The notes beneath the pieces are model-generated. The model was not told the origin of the DNA and made no database searches. It saw only the letters and a program-made list of their open reading frames with translations. The position numbers were made by a program, and so were the translations under genes. DNA of 64,000 nucleotides from Candidatus Campbellbacteria bacterium (GTDB lineage Bacteria; Patescibacteriota; Minisyncoccia; Phycocordibacterales; GCA-2747955), in assembly GCA_002747955.1 (NCBI GenBank), contig PDQZ01000008.1, positions 79,425-143,424 of the forward strand. Direction: 5' to 3'. This document shows, one piece after another, positions 36,572 to 46,253 of this stretch. The stretch's first letter is position 1; every line of letters begins with the position of its first letter.

Positions 36572-37135
36572 ATGGATAATACACAAACAAAAAAACAGGC
36601 AGGAGACGGAAAAAGAAATTGGTATGCAATTTACACAAACACAGGTTACGAAAATGCAGTTGTAAAAAACTTGAAACAAAGAATTGATTCGATGAATATG
36701 CAAGATTATATTTTCGATGCAGTTGTGCCAACCGAAAAAGTAACAAAAATCAAAAACGGAAAAAAGGTTACAGAAGATGTGAGACTTTATCCAGGTTATG
36801 TAATGGTTGATATGATTGTTAACGATGAATCTTGGGGAGTGGTTCGAAACACACCAAGAGTTTCTGGTATTTTAGGAACAGATATTCACCCAGTACCAAT
36901 TACAGATGAGGAGATGCTTGCTGTTGTTAACAAAATGAAAGGAGATGATACAAAAATTGACGATAACTTATTTAAGGTTGGAGAATTTGTAAAAATCACA
37001 GAAGGACCTTTCAAAGACACAGAGGGAAAAATTTTAGAAATAAATCAGAAAGAAGGAGTTTTGAAACTTGTCATTTCAATGTTTGGAAAAGACACAGAAA
37101 TGGAACTTTCTTTTTCACAAGTTAAATATATTTAA
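36572..37135 (+). CDS. nusG: transcription termination/antitermination factor NusG
   Basis: NGN domain (NWYAIYTNTGYENAV) and KOW (KVGEFVKITEGPFKDTEGKI). Confidence 0.85.
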   Translation: MDNTQTKKQAGDGKRNWYAIYTNTGYENAVVKNLKQRIDSMNMQDYIFDAVVPTEKVTKIKNGKKVTEDVRLYPGYVMVDMIVNDESWGVVRNTPRVSGILGTDIHPVPITDEEMLAVVNKMKGDDTKIDDNLFKVGEFVKITEGPFKDTEGKILEINQKEGVLKLVISMFGKDTEMELSFSQVKYI

Positions 37136-37188
37136 ATTGAAATTTTTTAGAAATAATGTATAATATAGTAACTTTTTAATAAAAAAAT

Positions 37189-37611
37189 ATGGCAAAAGAA
37201 ATAACAAAAGTATTAAAACTACAAATTCCAGCAGGAAAAGCACTTCCTGCACCACCACTTGGACCAGCACTTGGACAAGCTGGAATTAACATTGGAGAAT
37301 TTACAAAAGAATTTAACGACAAAACAAAAGACCAAATGGGAGACTTAATTCCAGTTGTGGTAAATGTTTTTGATGATAGATCTTACGAAATTCAATACAG
37401 GAAACCACCAGCATCATTTTTAATTTTGAAAAAACTTGGTATTAAATCAGGTTCTTCAAAAAATGTTACAAAAAAAGTGGGAACTTTAACAAAACAACAA
37501 GTTCAAGAAATCGCAGAAGAGAAAATGGAAGACTTGTCAGCAACAAGTGTCGAAGCAGCGATGAAAATTATAGAAGGGACTGCCAGATCAATGGGAGTCG
37601 AAATCAAATAA
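37189..37611 (+). CDS. rplK: 50S ribosomal protein L11
   Basis: [38 protein letters not shown]. Confidence 0.9.
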   Translation: MAKEITKVLKLQIPAGKALPAPPLGPALGQAGINIGEFTKEFNDKTKDQMGDLIPVVVNVFDDRSYEIQYRKPPASFLILKKLGIKSGSSKNVTKKVGTLTKQQVQEIAEEKMEDLSATSVEAAMKIIEGTARSMGVEIK

Positions 37612-37614
37612 AAA

Positions 37615-37860
37615 TAGTAGAAATTGGCGAAAATCTTTGTCGATTTCATAAAAAAAAACGCTCACCGTATATCAAATACGTATCGCGATTTTTTTTATTC
37701 ATCTCCTCGATTTTCATCCAATTTCTGCTATTTTTTAAAAACTTGAAAAACAAGAGGCTAACTTTGTCAGCTGCACAAAAAAACCCCTCACCGTATGTGT
37801 TATTACGGTGAGGAGATTTTTTGTTTAGCTGACAAAGTTATTCGCTCATTTTTTAGGTTT
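37615..37860. repeat. about 240-bp structured noncoding element after rplK (copy A of a duplicated element), containing nested hairpins and a terminator
   Basis: Shares ...aaattggcga...ttcataaaaaaa-cgctca-cgta...acgtatcgcgatttttttatt...cgattttcatccaatttctgct-ttttaaaaacttgaaaaacaag-gctaactttgtcagctgcacaaaaaaa-cccctcaccgtatgt with 57405..57660. Confidence 0.7.
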
Positions 37861-37861
37861 T

Positions 37862-39775
37862 TTAGAATACTTGGATGGCTGTCATGATAATCGGTGTCTT
37901 GTTAGTTTTCTTCAAAAGCAACAACTCCACCTTTGACCTTATTTCTTCTTTTAGTTTATCCACATCGATTTTTCCACCTTCAGCAGAGTGAATTTCATCG
38001 GCCACCAGTTTTGAAACAATAATCCTTGTCTCGCTTAAAAGTTCTTGTGAATCTCGCAGGTAAACAAATCCTCTTGATAAAATATCTGGAGATTTTTGAA
38101 TTCTCTTTTTTGCCATATTGATTAGAACTACAATATTTACAAAACCTTCTTTGGCAAGCAAGCTTCTGTCTGCAATCACGGCTTTTTGTGATTCTGTAAT
38201 TGTAAATCCATCAACCAAAATTGGTTCTGAAGGAATTTTTTGTTTCAAAACTTTTACTTTTTCAGGACCTGAAATTTCAATAATATTTCCATTGTCAGGC
38301 ACGATTGTGTTTGATTCTGGAATGTTTGCATAGTTTACAACCAAGTTTCTGTGTTCTTTAAGCATTGAGTGGAAACCATATCCTGGCACAAAAAATGTTG
38401 GGTTTACAGTTTTAGCAATCCAAATCATTTCTTCTGCGTTTCCGTGTCCTGTTGAGTGAATCTCGGCTGTTCTATAAGTAATCAGCTTCAAGTCATTTCT
38501 TAAAAGTTGATCTTTCAGTTTCCTGATTGAAATTTCGTTTCCAGGAATTGCTGATGAAGACAAAATCACAGTATCTCTTTTGTTAAGTTTGATAAACTTG
38601 TGATCACCACGGGCCATTCTTGGTAAGGCTGCGTATTCTTCACCTTGACCTCCAGTACAGATTACCACAATTTTTTCCGGTGGATATTTATCAACATCTT
38701 TCATTTGAATTAAAGTGTCTTTTTTAGGTTTATAGTATCCAGCTTTAATAGCAATATCCATATTTGTTTTAATAGATCGACCTTCCAAAACAACTTTTTT
38801 TCCTAAGTCTTCGGCGTTTTTGGCAAAGGACATCATTCTTTCAAACTGTGAAGCAAAAGTTGCAATAATAACTCTTGATTTTGCGTCTCTGATGATGTTC
38901 CCAACATTTCTTTGAATTGTTGGTTCTTGGATTGACCAACCTGGCTGTTCAACGTTTGTTGAGTCAGAAATTAAAAGAACATTTTTTTCTTTTGCAATTC
39001 GAGCCCAGTTTTCTTTTTCAAAATCAGCTACTTCTCCATCTGTGTGAGCAAGTTTTAAGTCACCAGTTACAACAATATTTCCGTGTTCTGTTTTCATTGA
39101 AAATCCCATTGATTGAGGAATTGAGTGGGTTACGTGAAAAAATTCAAAAGAATAATCTCCAATTTTGATTTTATCTTGTGCATCAACAACTTTAATATCG
39201 ATCGGATCTAAAGAGGGGAACTCTTCCATTCTTTTTTTGATCAAAAGTGATGAAAGCTCTCTTGTATAAATTGGCGGGTTTCCAAGTTTTGTCATTAAAA
39301 AGGGAATACCTCCAATGTGGTCTAAGTGAGCGTGAGTAATAATAATTCCTTTGATTTTTTCTTTGTTTTCAACCAAGTATTTTACGTTTGGAAGTTTATA
39401 GTCGATCCCTGGTGTTTCTTCTTCGGTTGTAAACTCAAAACCAACATCGGAAATATAAATGCAGTTCTTGCTCTCAATGGCAAACATATTTCTTCCAACC
39501 TCTTCAAAACCACCAATAGTTAAAACTCGAACTTCGTTTCCTTTGATTTCTGGAATATTTTTTAAAGGAGTTTTAAAGTCAAAGTCCATTTTGTAGTTTT
39601 GCGGAACTTGTTTTGGAAATCCACCTGCTTTTTTTGAAGCAAGAGATTTTGTTTTCTTTCGTCCTGAATTTTTTGAGTTTCCAAAATTGTTTTTTTTTGA
39701 ATTTTTTGAATTTTTATTATATTTATTTTTATGAAAATTACTTTTGTTATTTTCTTTATTGTTATTTTTATTCAT
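37862..39775 (-). CDS. rnj: ribonuclease J (metallo-beta-lactamase/beta-CASP) with a Lys/Asn-rich N-terminal extension
   Basis: GIIITHAHLDHIGGIPFL (HxHxDH), beta-CASP motifs; ATG chosen at MNKNNNKEN (the longer ORF to 39853 starts at TTG). Confidence 0.8.
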   Translation of the reverse strand: MNKNNNKENNKSNFHKNKYNKNSKNSKKNNFGNSKNSGRKKTKSLASKKAGGFPKQVPQNYKMDFDFKTPLKNIPEIKGNEVRVLTIGGFEEVGRNMFAIESKNCIYISDVGFEFTTEEETPGIDYKLPNVKYLVENKEKIKGIIITHAHLDHIGGIPFLMTKLGNPPIYTRELSSLLIKKRMEEFPSLDPIDIKVVDAQDKIKIGDYSFEFFHVTHSIPQSMGFSMKTEHGNIVVTGDLKLAHTDGEVADFEKENWARIAKEKNVLLISDSTNVEQPGWSIQEPTIQRNVGNIIRDAKSRVIIATFASQFERMMSFAKNAEDLGKKVVLEGRSIKTNMDIAIKAGYYKPKKDTLIQMKDVDKYPPEKIVVICTGGQGEEYAALPRMARGDHKFIKLNKRDTVILSSSAIPGNEISIRKLKDQLLRNDLKLITYRTAEIHSTGHGNAEEMIWIAKTVNPTFFVPGYGFHSMLKEHRNLVVNYANIPESNTIVPDNGNIIEISGPEKVKVLKQKIPSEPILVDGFTITESQKAVIADRSLLAKEGFVNIVVLINMAKKRIQKSPDILSRGFVYLRDSQELLSETRIIVSKLVADEIHSAEGGKIDVDKLKEEIRSKVELLLLKKTNKTPIIMTAIQVF

Positions 39776-39868
39776 AATTTTTAATTTAATCAAGTATTGT
39801 TTTAAAAACAATATAAAGTTATAAAATAAAATATTTTTTATTTTATAACTCAAACTGTTTTTAAGTTT

Positions 39869-41545
39869 TTAAAAACTAATAATGTTACCAATATTTACAT
39901 ACCAGTTGTTTATATCTGAAAATCTAAGCTCTCTTGAATCAATTGTTTTTCTTTCAAAACCTTTTACTCTTTTGTCTACTATATAAATATAGTCTGGTGA
40001 ATAAATCGGAATAAATAAATTTTCTTTTTGAATTTCTTCTTTAATAACTTGATATTTTTTTTCTCTTTCTTGTTTTGGAATAACTTTTCTTAAATCAGCC
40101 ACTGCCTGGTCAATTTTTTTGTTATTTGTTTTTGAAATATTAATTTGTGGGTCATCAATTTGAGATGAGTGAAACAGGAAATAATAATCAGGAATCACAG
40201 ATGTTTGATATCCATACAAAGCCATGTCAAAAGATCTTGGTCTGATTACATTTTGAATTAAGTCATTGTTGGTGTAGTGGGTAATGTTAACTCCAATTCC
40301 GTATTCTGTTAAACTTTTAGAAATTTCAGAAGCTATATTTTTAAATTCTTCAGAATTTAAAACAGCTAAATTAATTCTAAATTCTTTTTTGGTTTTAGAA
40401 TTTGTTAAAATATTTGTTTGATCGTTTTTTTGGTAACCAGCTTCTTTAAAAAGTTTTTCAATGTCTTTTTTGTCTGTTTTTTGTTCAACAAAAGTATCAA
40501 AGTATAAAGGGGAGTTTGTTGTTTTTGCATATCCAGATAAGTTTTCTTTCACAATCTTTTCTCTATTTATAATTTTTGAAATAGCTTCTCTTGCTTTTAA
40601 AGAAGATAAGTTTTGGTTTTTTGGACTTAAAAATAGACCAAAAATTCTTGTTGAGTTTAGATTCTGAACTCCATATTTTGAATCATTTTCTTGATTTACA
40701 AATTGAGAAATCTCTTCTGGTGGAACTGCAAAAATATTTTTAATTACTTTTTCATTTGAATAAAGCAAAGATTTTTTGTAAGCTTCTAGGTTGTTGAAGA
40801 CAACCAAGTTAACCTCATCTAAATAAGCTTTTTTGTCAAAATAATAAGGGTTTCTTTTTAAAACATATTTTTTAATTTTTCCAAACTGGTCATCTCTTGT
40901 TGTTTTATCAATCTTGAAAGGGCCAGAACCAATAGGGTGGTTGTTAAGTTCGAAGAAAGGAAATTCAGCTGGTGTAATATCTTGCCAAAGTTTTTTGGGT
41001 AAAATATACAAATTTGCCAATGTGTTTTTGAATTGATCGTATTCTTTAGGAAGAATTATTTTTAAATTTTTCTGATCGATTTTTTCTGTTTCAACATCAA
41101 TCCATTCACTAAAATAAGGTGATTGGATTAAAGGGTCTTGGATTTTCTCGATTGTAAAAATAATATCATCACTTGTTAACAAATCTCCATTTGAAAATTT
41201 TACATTTTCTTTGATTGTTAAAGTGTAGGTCTTACTATCTTCTGAAATTTTAAAATCAGCAATGTTTGGTACAATTTCTTGTTTTTGGTTGATTTTTAAA
41301 ACGGTTGAATAAATCAAAGGTAAAATGTCTTTATCTGTTTTTGAAGTTGCTAAAACTGGGTTTACATTTCTTGGGTTTTTTCCAATTATAATTTCTGTAA
41401 TACTTCCACCATTTTTTGGCACTTCTTCTAAATATCTTCCTGTGAAACTTGAAACTATAATCAAGATAATCAAAGGAATAGTAAAAATTAAAATGTTTTT
41501 TTTGTTTTTTAAAATTATTTTTTTTAAACTAATTGTTTTTGTCAT
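39869..41545 (-). CDS. ABC-type substrate-binding protein, family 5 (peptide/nickel-like), membrane-anchored
   Basis: N-terminal TM, about 520-aa bilobed SBP-like sequence (FDMALYGYQTSVIPDYYFLFHSSQ); no adjacent permease genes. Confidence 0.45.
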   Translation of the reverse strand: MTKTISLKKIILKNKKNILIFTIPLIILIIVSSFTGRYLEEVPKNGGSITEIIIGKNPRNVNPVLATSKTDKDILPLIYSTVLKINQKQEIVPNIADFKISEDSKTYTLTIKENVKFSNGDLLTSDDIIFTIEKIQDPLIQSPYFSEWIDVETEKIDQKNLKIILPKEYDQFKNTLANLYILPKKLWQDITPAEFPFFELNNHPIGSGPFKIDKTTRDDQFGKIKKYVLKRNPYYFDKKAYLDEVNLVVFNNLEAYKKSLLYSNEKVIKNIFAVPPEEISQFVNQENDSKYGVQNLNSTRIFGLFLSPKNQNLSSLKAREAISKIINREKIVKENLSGYAKTTNSPLYFDTFVEQKTDKKDIEKLFKEAGYQKNDQTNILTNSKTKKEFRINLAVLNSEEFKNIASEISKSLTEYGIGVNITHYTNNDLIQNVIRPRSFDMALYGYQTSVIPDYYFLFHSSQIDDPQINISKTNNKKIDQAVADLRKVIPKQEREKKYQVIKEEIQKENLFIPIYSPDYIYIVDKRVKGFERKTIDSRELRFSDINNWYVNIGNIISF

Positions 41546-41625
41546 AGATAAAATAAGTTATTTTTAAAAATAACTGGTTATTTTTTTAATACATTTATAA
41601 TATAGAATTATTATTTAAATAATAA

Positions 41626-41859
41626 TTATTTAACAAGTAAAGCCAAAACTGCAGTTAGGAAAAACAAAATTGCTAAAAATGTTGTAAATTTTAACATTGT
41701 TTTTTCAAAACCTCTTCTTGTTGAAATGTGGTTTGAAGAATCAGCTCCTCCAAATCCTGCTCCCAATCCAGCACCTGTTTGTTGTAGCAAAACAGAAATG
41801 ATAAGTAGTACTGAAATTACTATTTGTACTGTCGGTAATATTTTAGTTATAAATTCCAT
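41626..41859 (-). CDS. secG: preprotein translocase subunit SecG
   Basis: VISVLLIISVLLQQTGAGLGAGFGGADSSNHISTRRGFEKTMLKFTTFLAILFF matches SecG. Confidence 0.75.
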   Translation of the reverse strand: MEFITKILPTVQIVISVLLIISVLLQQTGAGLGAGFGGADSSNHISTRRGFEKTMLKFTTFLAILFFLTAVLALLVK

Positions 41860-41932
41860 ATAGGTAACATTTTAACAAAATAAGATTTTTTTGCAACAAG
41901 TAAATAAGAAGTTTAAAACATAAACTTGAATG

Positions 41933-42030
41933 AAACAAAGCCCGAAATTTTTGATAAGTTTTTTTGAAAAAACAAAAGGCGTTGCCTTTTGTTTTTTCAA
42001 AAAAACTTATCAAAAATTTCGGGATTTGTT
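41933..42030. repeat. long perfect-palindrome hairpin element (family member)
   Basis: aaacaaagcccgaaatttttgataagtttttttgaaaaaacaaaaggc-gttg-gccttttg...cgggatttgtt. Confidence 0.7.
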
Positions 42031-42031
42031 C

Positions 42032-42670
42032 TCAATGTGCCATTGCAATAAAATAAACTCTTTTTGCTCCTGCTTTTTTTAAAACTTTTTCGGCCTCCTT
42101 TAAAGTGGATCCTGTTGTATAAATATCATCAAACAAAATTACATTTTTATTTTTTAAATCAAAACCTTTTTTAACATCAAAAGCATTTTTAACATTTTCT
42201 TTTCTTTTTTTTATATTTTTCATTTTGTTTTGAGGTTTGGTGTGTTTTTTCTTTTTTAAAATATTTTCAATTCTAACAAAATTAGAGCCGCCCATTTTTT
42301 CAAAATATCTTAAAATCAAAATATTTTGACTATAAGTTCTTTTCAGTCTTCTTAATATGAAACAGGGAACTGGAACTAGTACAAAATCATTAAAATTTTT
42401 TTCAAATTTTAACTTTTCCTGAATATCAAAAATATTTTGATACAAAATCTGAGCAAAGACGAAAGCTGGTTTTTTATTTTTGTGAAATTTCAATTGCCAA
42501 AACATTTCTTTGATTTTTTTATTTTTATAGTCTAAAAAATAAAAAAGTTTTTCGTCACTTTTAAAAATTAATTTATAATTAATTTTTTTTGCTTGCAATT
42601 TTTGTGGTAAAAAAATATCTAAATATTTTTTTAATATTTTTAAAAAATCTTTTTTTCTGTTATAATACAT
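42032..42670 (-). CDS. comF: ComF-family phosphoribosyltransferase-domain protein
   Basis: C-terminal PRTase motif VILFDDIYTTGSTLKEAEKVLKKAGAKRVYFIAMAH. Confidence 0.65.
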   Translation of the reverse strand: MYYNRKKDFLKILKKYLDIFLPQKLQAKKINYKLIFKSDEKLFYFLDYKNKKIKEMFWQLKFHKNKKPAFVFAQILYQNIFDIQEKLKFEKNFNDFVLVPVPCFILRRLKRTYSQNILILRYFEKMGGSNFVRIENILKKKKHTKPQNKMKNIKKRKENVKNAFDVKKGFDLKNKNVILFDDIYTTGSTLKEAEKVLKKAGAKRVYFIAMAH

Positions 42671-42688
42671 AAGATAATAAAACTAATT

Positions 42689-43786
42689 ATGTCTTTTTTA
42701 GATAATATAACAAAACTTTTTAATAGTAAAGTAGAAGAGGGAAAAATTCTAGGAGTAGACATTGGTTCTTCTTCTATTAAAATTGTGCAACTTTCCTTAA
42801 AAAAAGGTGTTGCAGTTTTAGATACATTTGGTGAAATTTCACTTGCTGTATATGCAAACAAAGAAGTGGGTAAGCCAGTAAACCTAAGTGAAGACAAATA
42901 TGTCGAAGCCTTAAAAGATTTAATGAAAGAGTCTCAGGTTGATGCAACAAGTGCTTGTTTTGCTATTCCGTTAAAATCAACTTTGATGTTTAATCTGAAA
43001 TTACCAAAAACAATTGAAAAATCAAAGTTAAACGATGTGGTAATGGTTGAAGCTCGAAAATATATTCCAGTTCCTATCACAGAAGTCCAACTCGACTGGT
43101 CTGTTATCCCTGCCACTTCAAGACAACAAGAACAATCAGACCATTATGATATATTAGTTGTAGCCATTCATAAAGAAACTATAAATAAGTACGCAAACAT
43201 AGCCACAAACACAGGTTTAACATTGAAGTTTTTAGAAATTGAAACATTTGCCACAATTCGTTCTGTTGTAAAACACGAAAGAAATACAACGGCTATCGTG
43301 GATATTGGTTCATCAATTACAAAATTTTATATTGTTGAAAAAGGGGTGGTTAAAAAATCTCATGTTATAAATATTGGATACACAAAATCTTTAAAAGAAA
43401 GTGAGGCTACTCCTGAAAACCCAGAGGAAAAAGTTTCAGTTGGATCAGGTGTTAGTGGAAATGCTGCAAAACTTTTAAGAGAAACAATTGTCGATGGAAA
43501 CAGCATACCTCTTGATATTACAAGAATTATAAGTAACGTTAAAAAAGCCATTTTAGAATATCAAAGAGATACTAAAAGTGATGTCCCAGAAGTTGTTTTC
43601 ACAGGAGGGGGTTCTTTGTTTGACCATATTATTTCTTATGTTGAAAAAGAGCTTTCCGTTAAGGTTTTGAAAGCAGATCCATTTTCAAAAGTTCAATCTC
43701 CAGCCTTTTTAGATGACGCCCTGCGTGACGCAGGCCCCGAGTTTGCAGTAGCAATAGGAATTGCTTTAAGAGGTTTAAGGTTATAA
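42689..43786 (+). CDS. pilM: type IV pilus assembly protein PilM (actin-like ATPase)
   Basis: ILGVDIGSSSIKIVQLSLKKG N-terminus and overall PilM architecture; no pilN/pilO downstream. Confidence 0.7.
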   Translation: MSFLDNITKLFNSKVEEGKILGVDIGSSSIKIVQLSLKKGVAVLDTFGEISLAVYANKEVGKPVNLSEDKYVEALKDLMKESQVDATSACFAIPLKSTLMFNLKLPKTIEKSKLNDVVMVEARKYIPVPITEVQLDWSVIPATSRQQEQSDHYDILVVAIHKETINKYANIATNTGLTLKFLEIETFATIRSVVKHERNTTAIVDIGSSITKFYIVEKGVVKKSHVINIGYTKSLKESEATPENPEEKVSVGSGVSGNAAKLLRETIVDGNSIPLDITRIISNVKKAILEYQRDTKSDVPEVVFTGGGSLFDHIISYVEKELSVKVLKADPFSKVQSPAFLDDALRDAGPEFAVAIGIALRGLRL

Positions 43787-43836
43787 AAAAAACACGATTT
43801 TGGCAAACACAACCACACAGCCAAAATCGTGTTTTT
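43787..43836. terminator. intrinsic terminator after pilM
   Basis: aaaaacacgattttggc-aaacacaaccacaca-gccaaaatcgtgttttt. Confidence 0.6.
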
Positions 43837-43852
43837 ATTTATTCTAAATTAA

Positions 43853-43891
43853 GGGCCGAAAATTTGACCCCACCCAACCACCCAGGTCAAA
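43853..43891. repeat. short member of the palindromic hairpin family
   Basis: gggccgaaaatttgacc-ccacccaaccaccca-ggtcaaattttcggccc. Confidence 0.6.
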
Positions 43892-43970
43892 TTTTCGGCC
43901 CACCCAAACCTTTAAAGTTATCAACATTTTTTCTTAACTTATCTTTCTTTTTTTGATAAAATGAATATGT

Positions 43971-45749
43971 ATGAACAAATCAAAAAAATATATTTTAATA
44001 TTAACAACAGCGTTGGTGGCAACGCTAACAGCAGTGGCAGGAAGTGTTCTTGCTACAAACTGGACAGAGCCAGTTTCAGGTCCTCCAGGATCTAACACAC
44101 CAGCTCCTCTTAACGTAAGTGGAGTAGGACAAACAAAATCAGGAAAGCTAACAGTCGGAAGTTTTCAGTTTGTAGGCGGAGATGTGTCACTTACAGGTAA
44201 CGCTGGTAACATTTTTTTAAAGAAAAATGGAGCAACAGAATTGGGAAAGATTATCACAGATATTGATTATCTTGGTTTTGGAAAAGGTGATAAAAAAATT
44301 TTAAAAGCTTTCAAGAAAGCATCAACTGGTGTTGGGGCTTTCCAATACTGTGACTTAAATGGAGGAAATTGTGTGGCAACTGAAAATATAGTAGATATAA
44401 ACTATATTACCAATGTTCTAACAGGTTATTGTGCAATTGGAAGTTCGGTAGAAGAATGTCGTAGAGCAACAGGTTCTCCAACAGATGGCACAGATGGTAC
44501 AGGTGGCACAGATGGTACAAATGGTACAAATGGTAAACCAGGAGATACAGGACCTAGTGGTTATACAGGTGCAGCTGGTCAAGATGGACGAGATGGACAA
44601 GATGGAGTAGTTGATGAAACAGTACTTAGACAATACGTTACACATGCCTACTTAAAAAGTCGTTATTGTTCTCCAAAGAATAGTTTCTTAAATATGATTC
44701 CACTATATGGTCAAGATTTTGATAGAGATAATAATAACGCTAACTATCTTTGTCATACTTGGAAAAGAACTGGCTGGGAAGGTTATTTAACATTAGACGA
44801 GGGTAATCCACCTTCTGGTGCAGTAAATAGATCACCGGGAGACAGAGAACCTTTGCTAAAAGGAATTGAGTTTTCATCAAGTCAAAATATAAAACTTGGA
44901 GATATTATAATAGGACGAGGAGATGCTAGTTCTTTCACAATGGCCGACCCGTTACTTTCAGAAGGGGTAAATTCGCCAAGGATTGAAAATGGAGAAGTGG
45001 TAACAGATTCAAGTGGTAACCCTGTACTTCGTTCAGAGGCTGAAGTAAGAAGAGCTATAGAGGATGCTTTTTCTGGACCAATGTTAAATGTAGAAGGAGG
45101 AGGATTGAAGTTAGGTGGAAATTTGTATGTAAGAGGGGGGTCTGCAGAAGGATCAGTAATAGATGGTGGTTTAACTGTTAGAGGTACTAATTTTGAAGAG
45201 GGTAGTGATTTTTCTCTTTCAACAACTCACGGTATAGCAACAAAAAAACTTTCAGTATGGGGAGGTGAGATACATCTTTTTAGTGGTGGAGATAGAGAAG
45301 GTGTAACGGATGAACAAGTGGGTGAGATAAGTATTAAACACGACACAATTACAATTAAAAATGGACAAGCAGGTGATAATGGTAGTGTTATTTTAACAGG
45401 TGGAGGAGCAAGTAAAATCCCTAACTTGGAAATTGGTACTTCTGATACTGAAAATCCTGTTTCTGGAAAACTTGTAGTAAACGGGACAGCAACAATTGAA
45501 AAACTGGAACTTAAAGCACAAGGTGCTGGAGAAGGAACAGAAATAAGCGCAGTTAATGGAGGCGTTAAGCTTGGTGAAGTTACTATAACACAAGGTGCTA
45601 GTGCTAATGAAGTTACAATAGGCAATGTAACTATTGCTGTTGTTAACGGTAATGTAACTATTGGTGGAGTGACTATACCTCAAAATTTAGATCAAAGAAT
45701 TCGGAATTTGGAGAGTTTGGCACACAGTAGGGTAAGTTGTGGAAATTGA
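43971..45749 (+). CDS. secreted collagen-like (G-x-y) repeat protein with a tail-fibre-like C-terminal region
   Basis: signal-like N-terminus; GTDGTGGTDGTNGTNGKPGDTGPSGYTGAAGQDGRDGQDG collagen triplets; Gly/Val/Thr-rich beta-like repeats and a C-terminal coiled-coil segment. Confidence 0.5.
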   Translation: MNKSKKYILILTTALVATLTAVAGSVLATNWTEPVSGPPGSNTPAPLNVSGVGQTKSGKLTVGSFQFVGGDVSLTGNAGNIFLKKNGATELGKIITDIDYLGFGKGDKKILKAFKKASTGVGAFQYCDLNGGNCVATENIVDINYITNVLTGYCAIGSSVEECRRATGSPTDGTDGTGGTDGTNGTNGKPGDTGPSGYTGAAGQDGRDGQDGVVDETVLRQYVTHAYLKSRYCSPKNSFLNMIPLYGQDFDRDNNNANYLCHTWKRTGWEGYLTLDEGNPPSGAVNRSPGDREPLLKGIEFSSSQNIKLGDIIIGRGDASSFTMADPLLSEGVNSPRIENGEVVTDSSGNPVLRSEAEVRRAIEDAFSGPMLNVEGGGLKLGGNLYVRGGSAEGSVIDGGLTVRGTNFEEGSDFSLSTTHGIATKKLSVWGGEIHLFSGGDREGVTDEQVGEISIKHDTITIKNGQAGDNGSVILTGGGASKIPNLEIGTSDTENPVSGKLVVNGTATIEKLELKAQGAGEGTEISAVNGGVKLGEVTITQGASANEVTIGNVTIAVVNGNVTIGGVTIPQNLDQRIRNLESLAHSRVSCGN

Positions 45750-46052
45750 AGTGGTTCTGGATCTGGTTCAGGAACTGAACATGGAAATTTAGGTGGCCCA
45801 TCACGTGGAGAATAAAACAGAATCAAAACTTAAATAAAAAACTGAAAAACTTTCAGTTTTTTTGTTTTTTAAAAACAAGGCCTTGCCTGTCACACTTAAA
45901 GTATTCCTTATTAATTGAATCGGAGGGACTCGGCTAACATCGCTGAAAAAACATACTCGTTTCACTCGTTGTTTTTCTAGCGCCTTAGCCATTACGCGCA
46001 CCATTTTTACCCAAACAACGACCACGCAGGGTAAAAATATGGTTGCGCTCTT

Positions 46053-46080
46053 TTCGAATCCCTCCGGAAGCTACAAGACA
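46053..46080. repeat. inverted duplicate of the tRNA-Arg 3-prime portion plus 9 nt of its trailer
   Basis: tcgaatccctccggaagctacaagacac is the reverse complement of 46122..46148 (gtgtcttgtgcttccggagggattcga) with one indel; an internal terminator hairpin lies between the copies. Confidence 0.7.
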
Positions 46081-46122
46081 CAGAAAAAACTTAAAGCTGT
46101 CGCTTTAAGTTTTTGTGTCTTG

Positions 46123-46194
46123 TGCTTCCGGAGGGATTCGAACCCCCAAAAGCGGTTTCGAAGACCGCTGTGATATCCATTTCACCACGAAAGC
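46123..46194 (-). tRNA. tRNA-Arg (anticodon TCG)
   Basis: Minus-strand cloverleaf GCTTTCG / GTGA-AATGGATA-TCAC / GCGGT-CTTCGAA-ACCGC / TTCGAAT T-loop / CGGAAGC, discriminator A. Confidence 0.8.
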
Positions 46195-46253
46195 ATAAAG
46201 ATATTTTAACATAAAAATGATTAAAAAACAGTATTTAATGTTATAATATAAAA

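Noticed and set aside
45801-46025. ORF 45801..46025 (-) between the collagen-like gene and tRNA-Arg
   Set aside because: It lies in the structured spacer containing the inverted tRNA-end duplicate. No start signals; probably noncoding.
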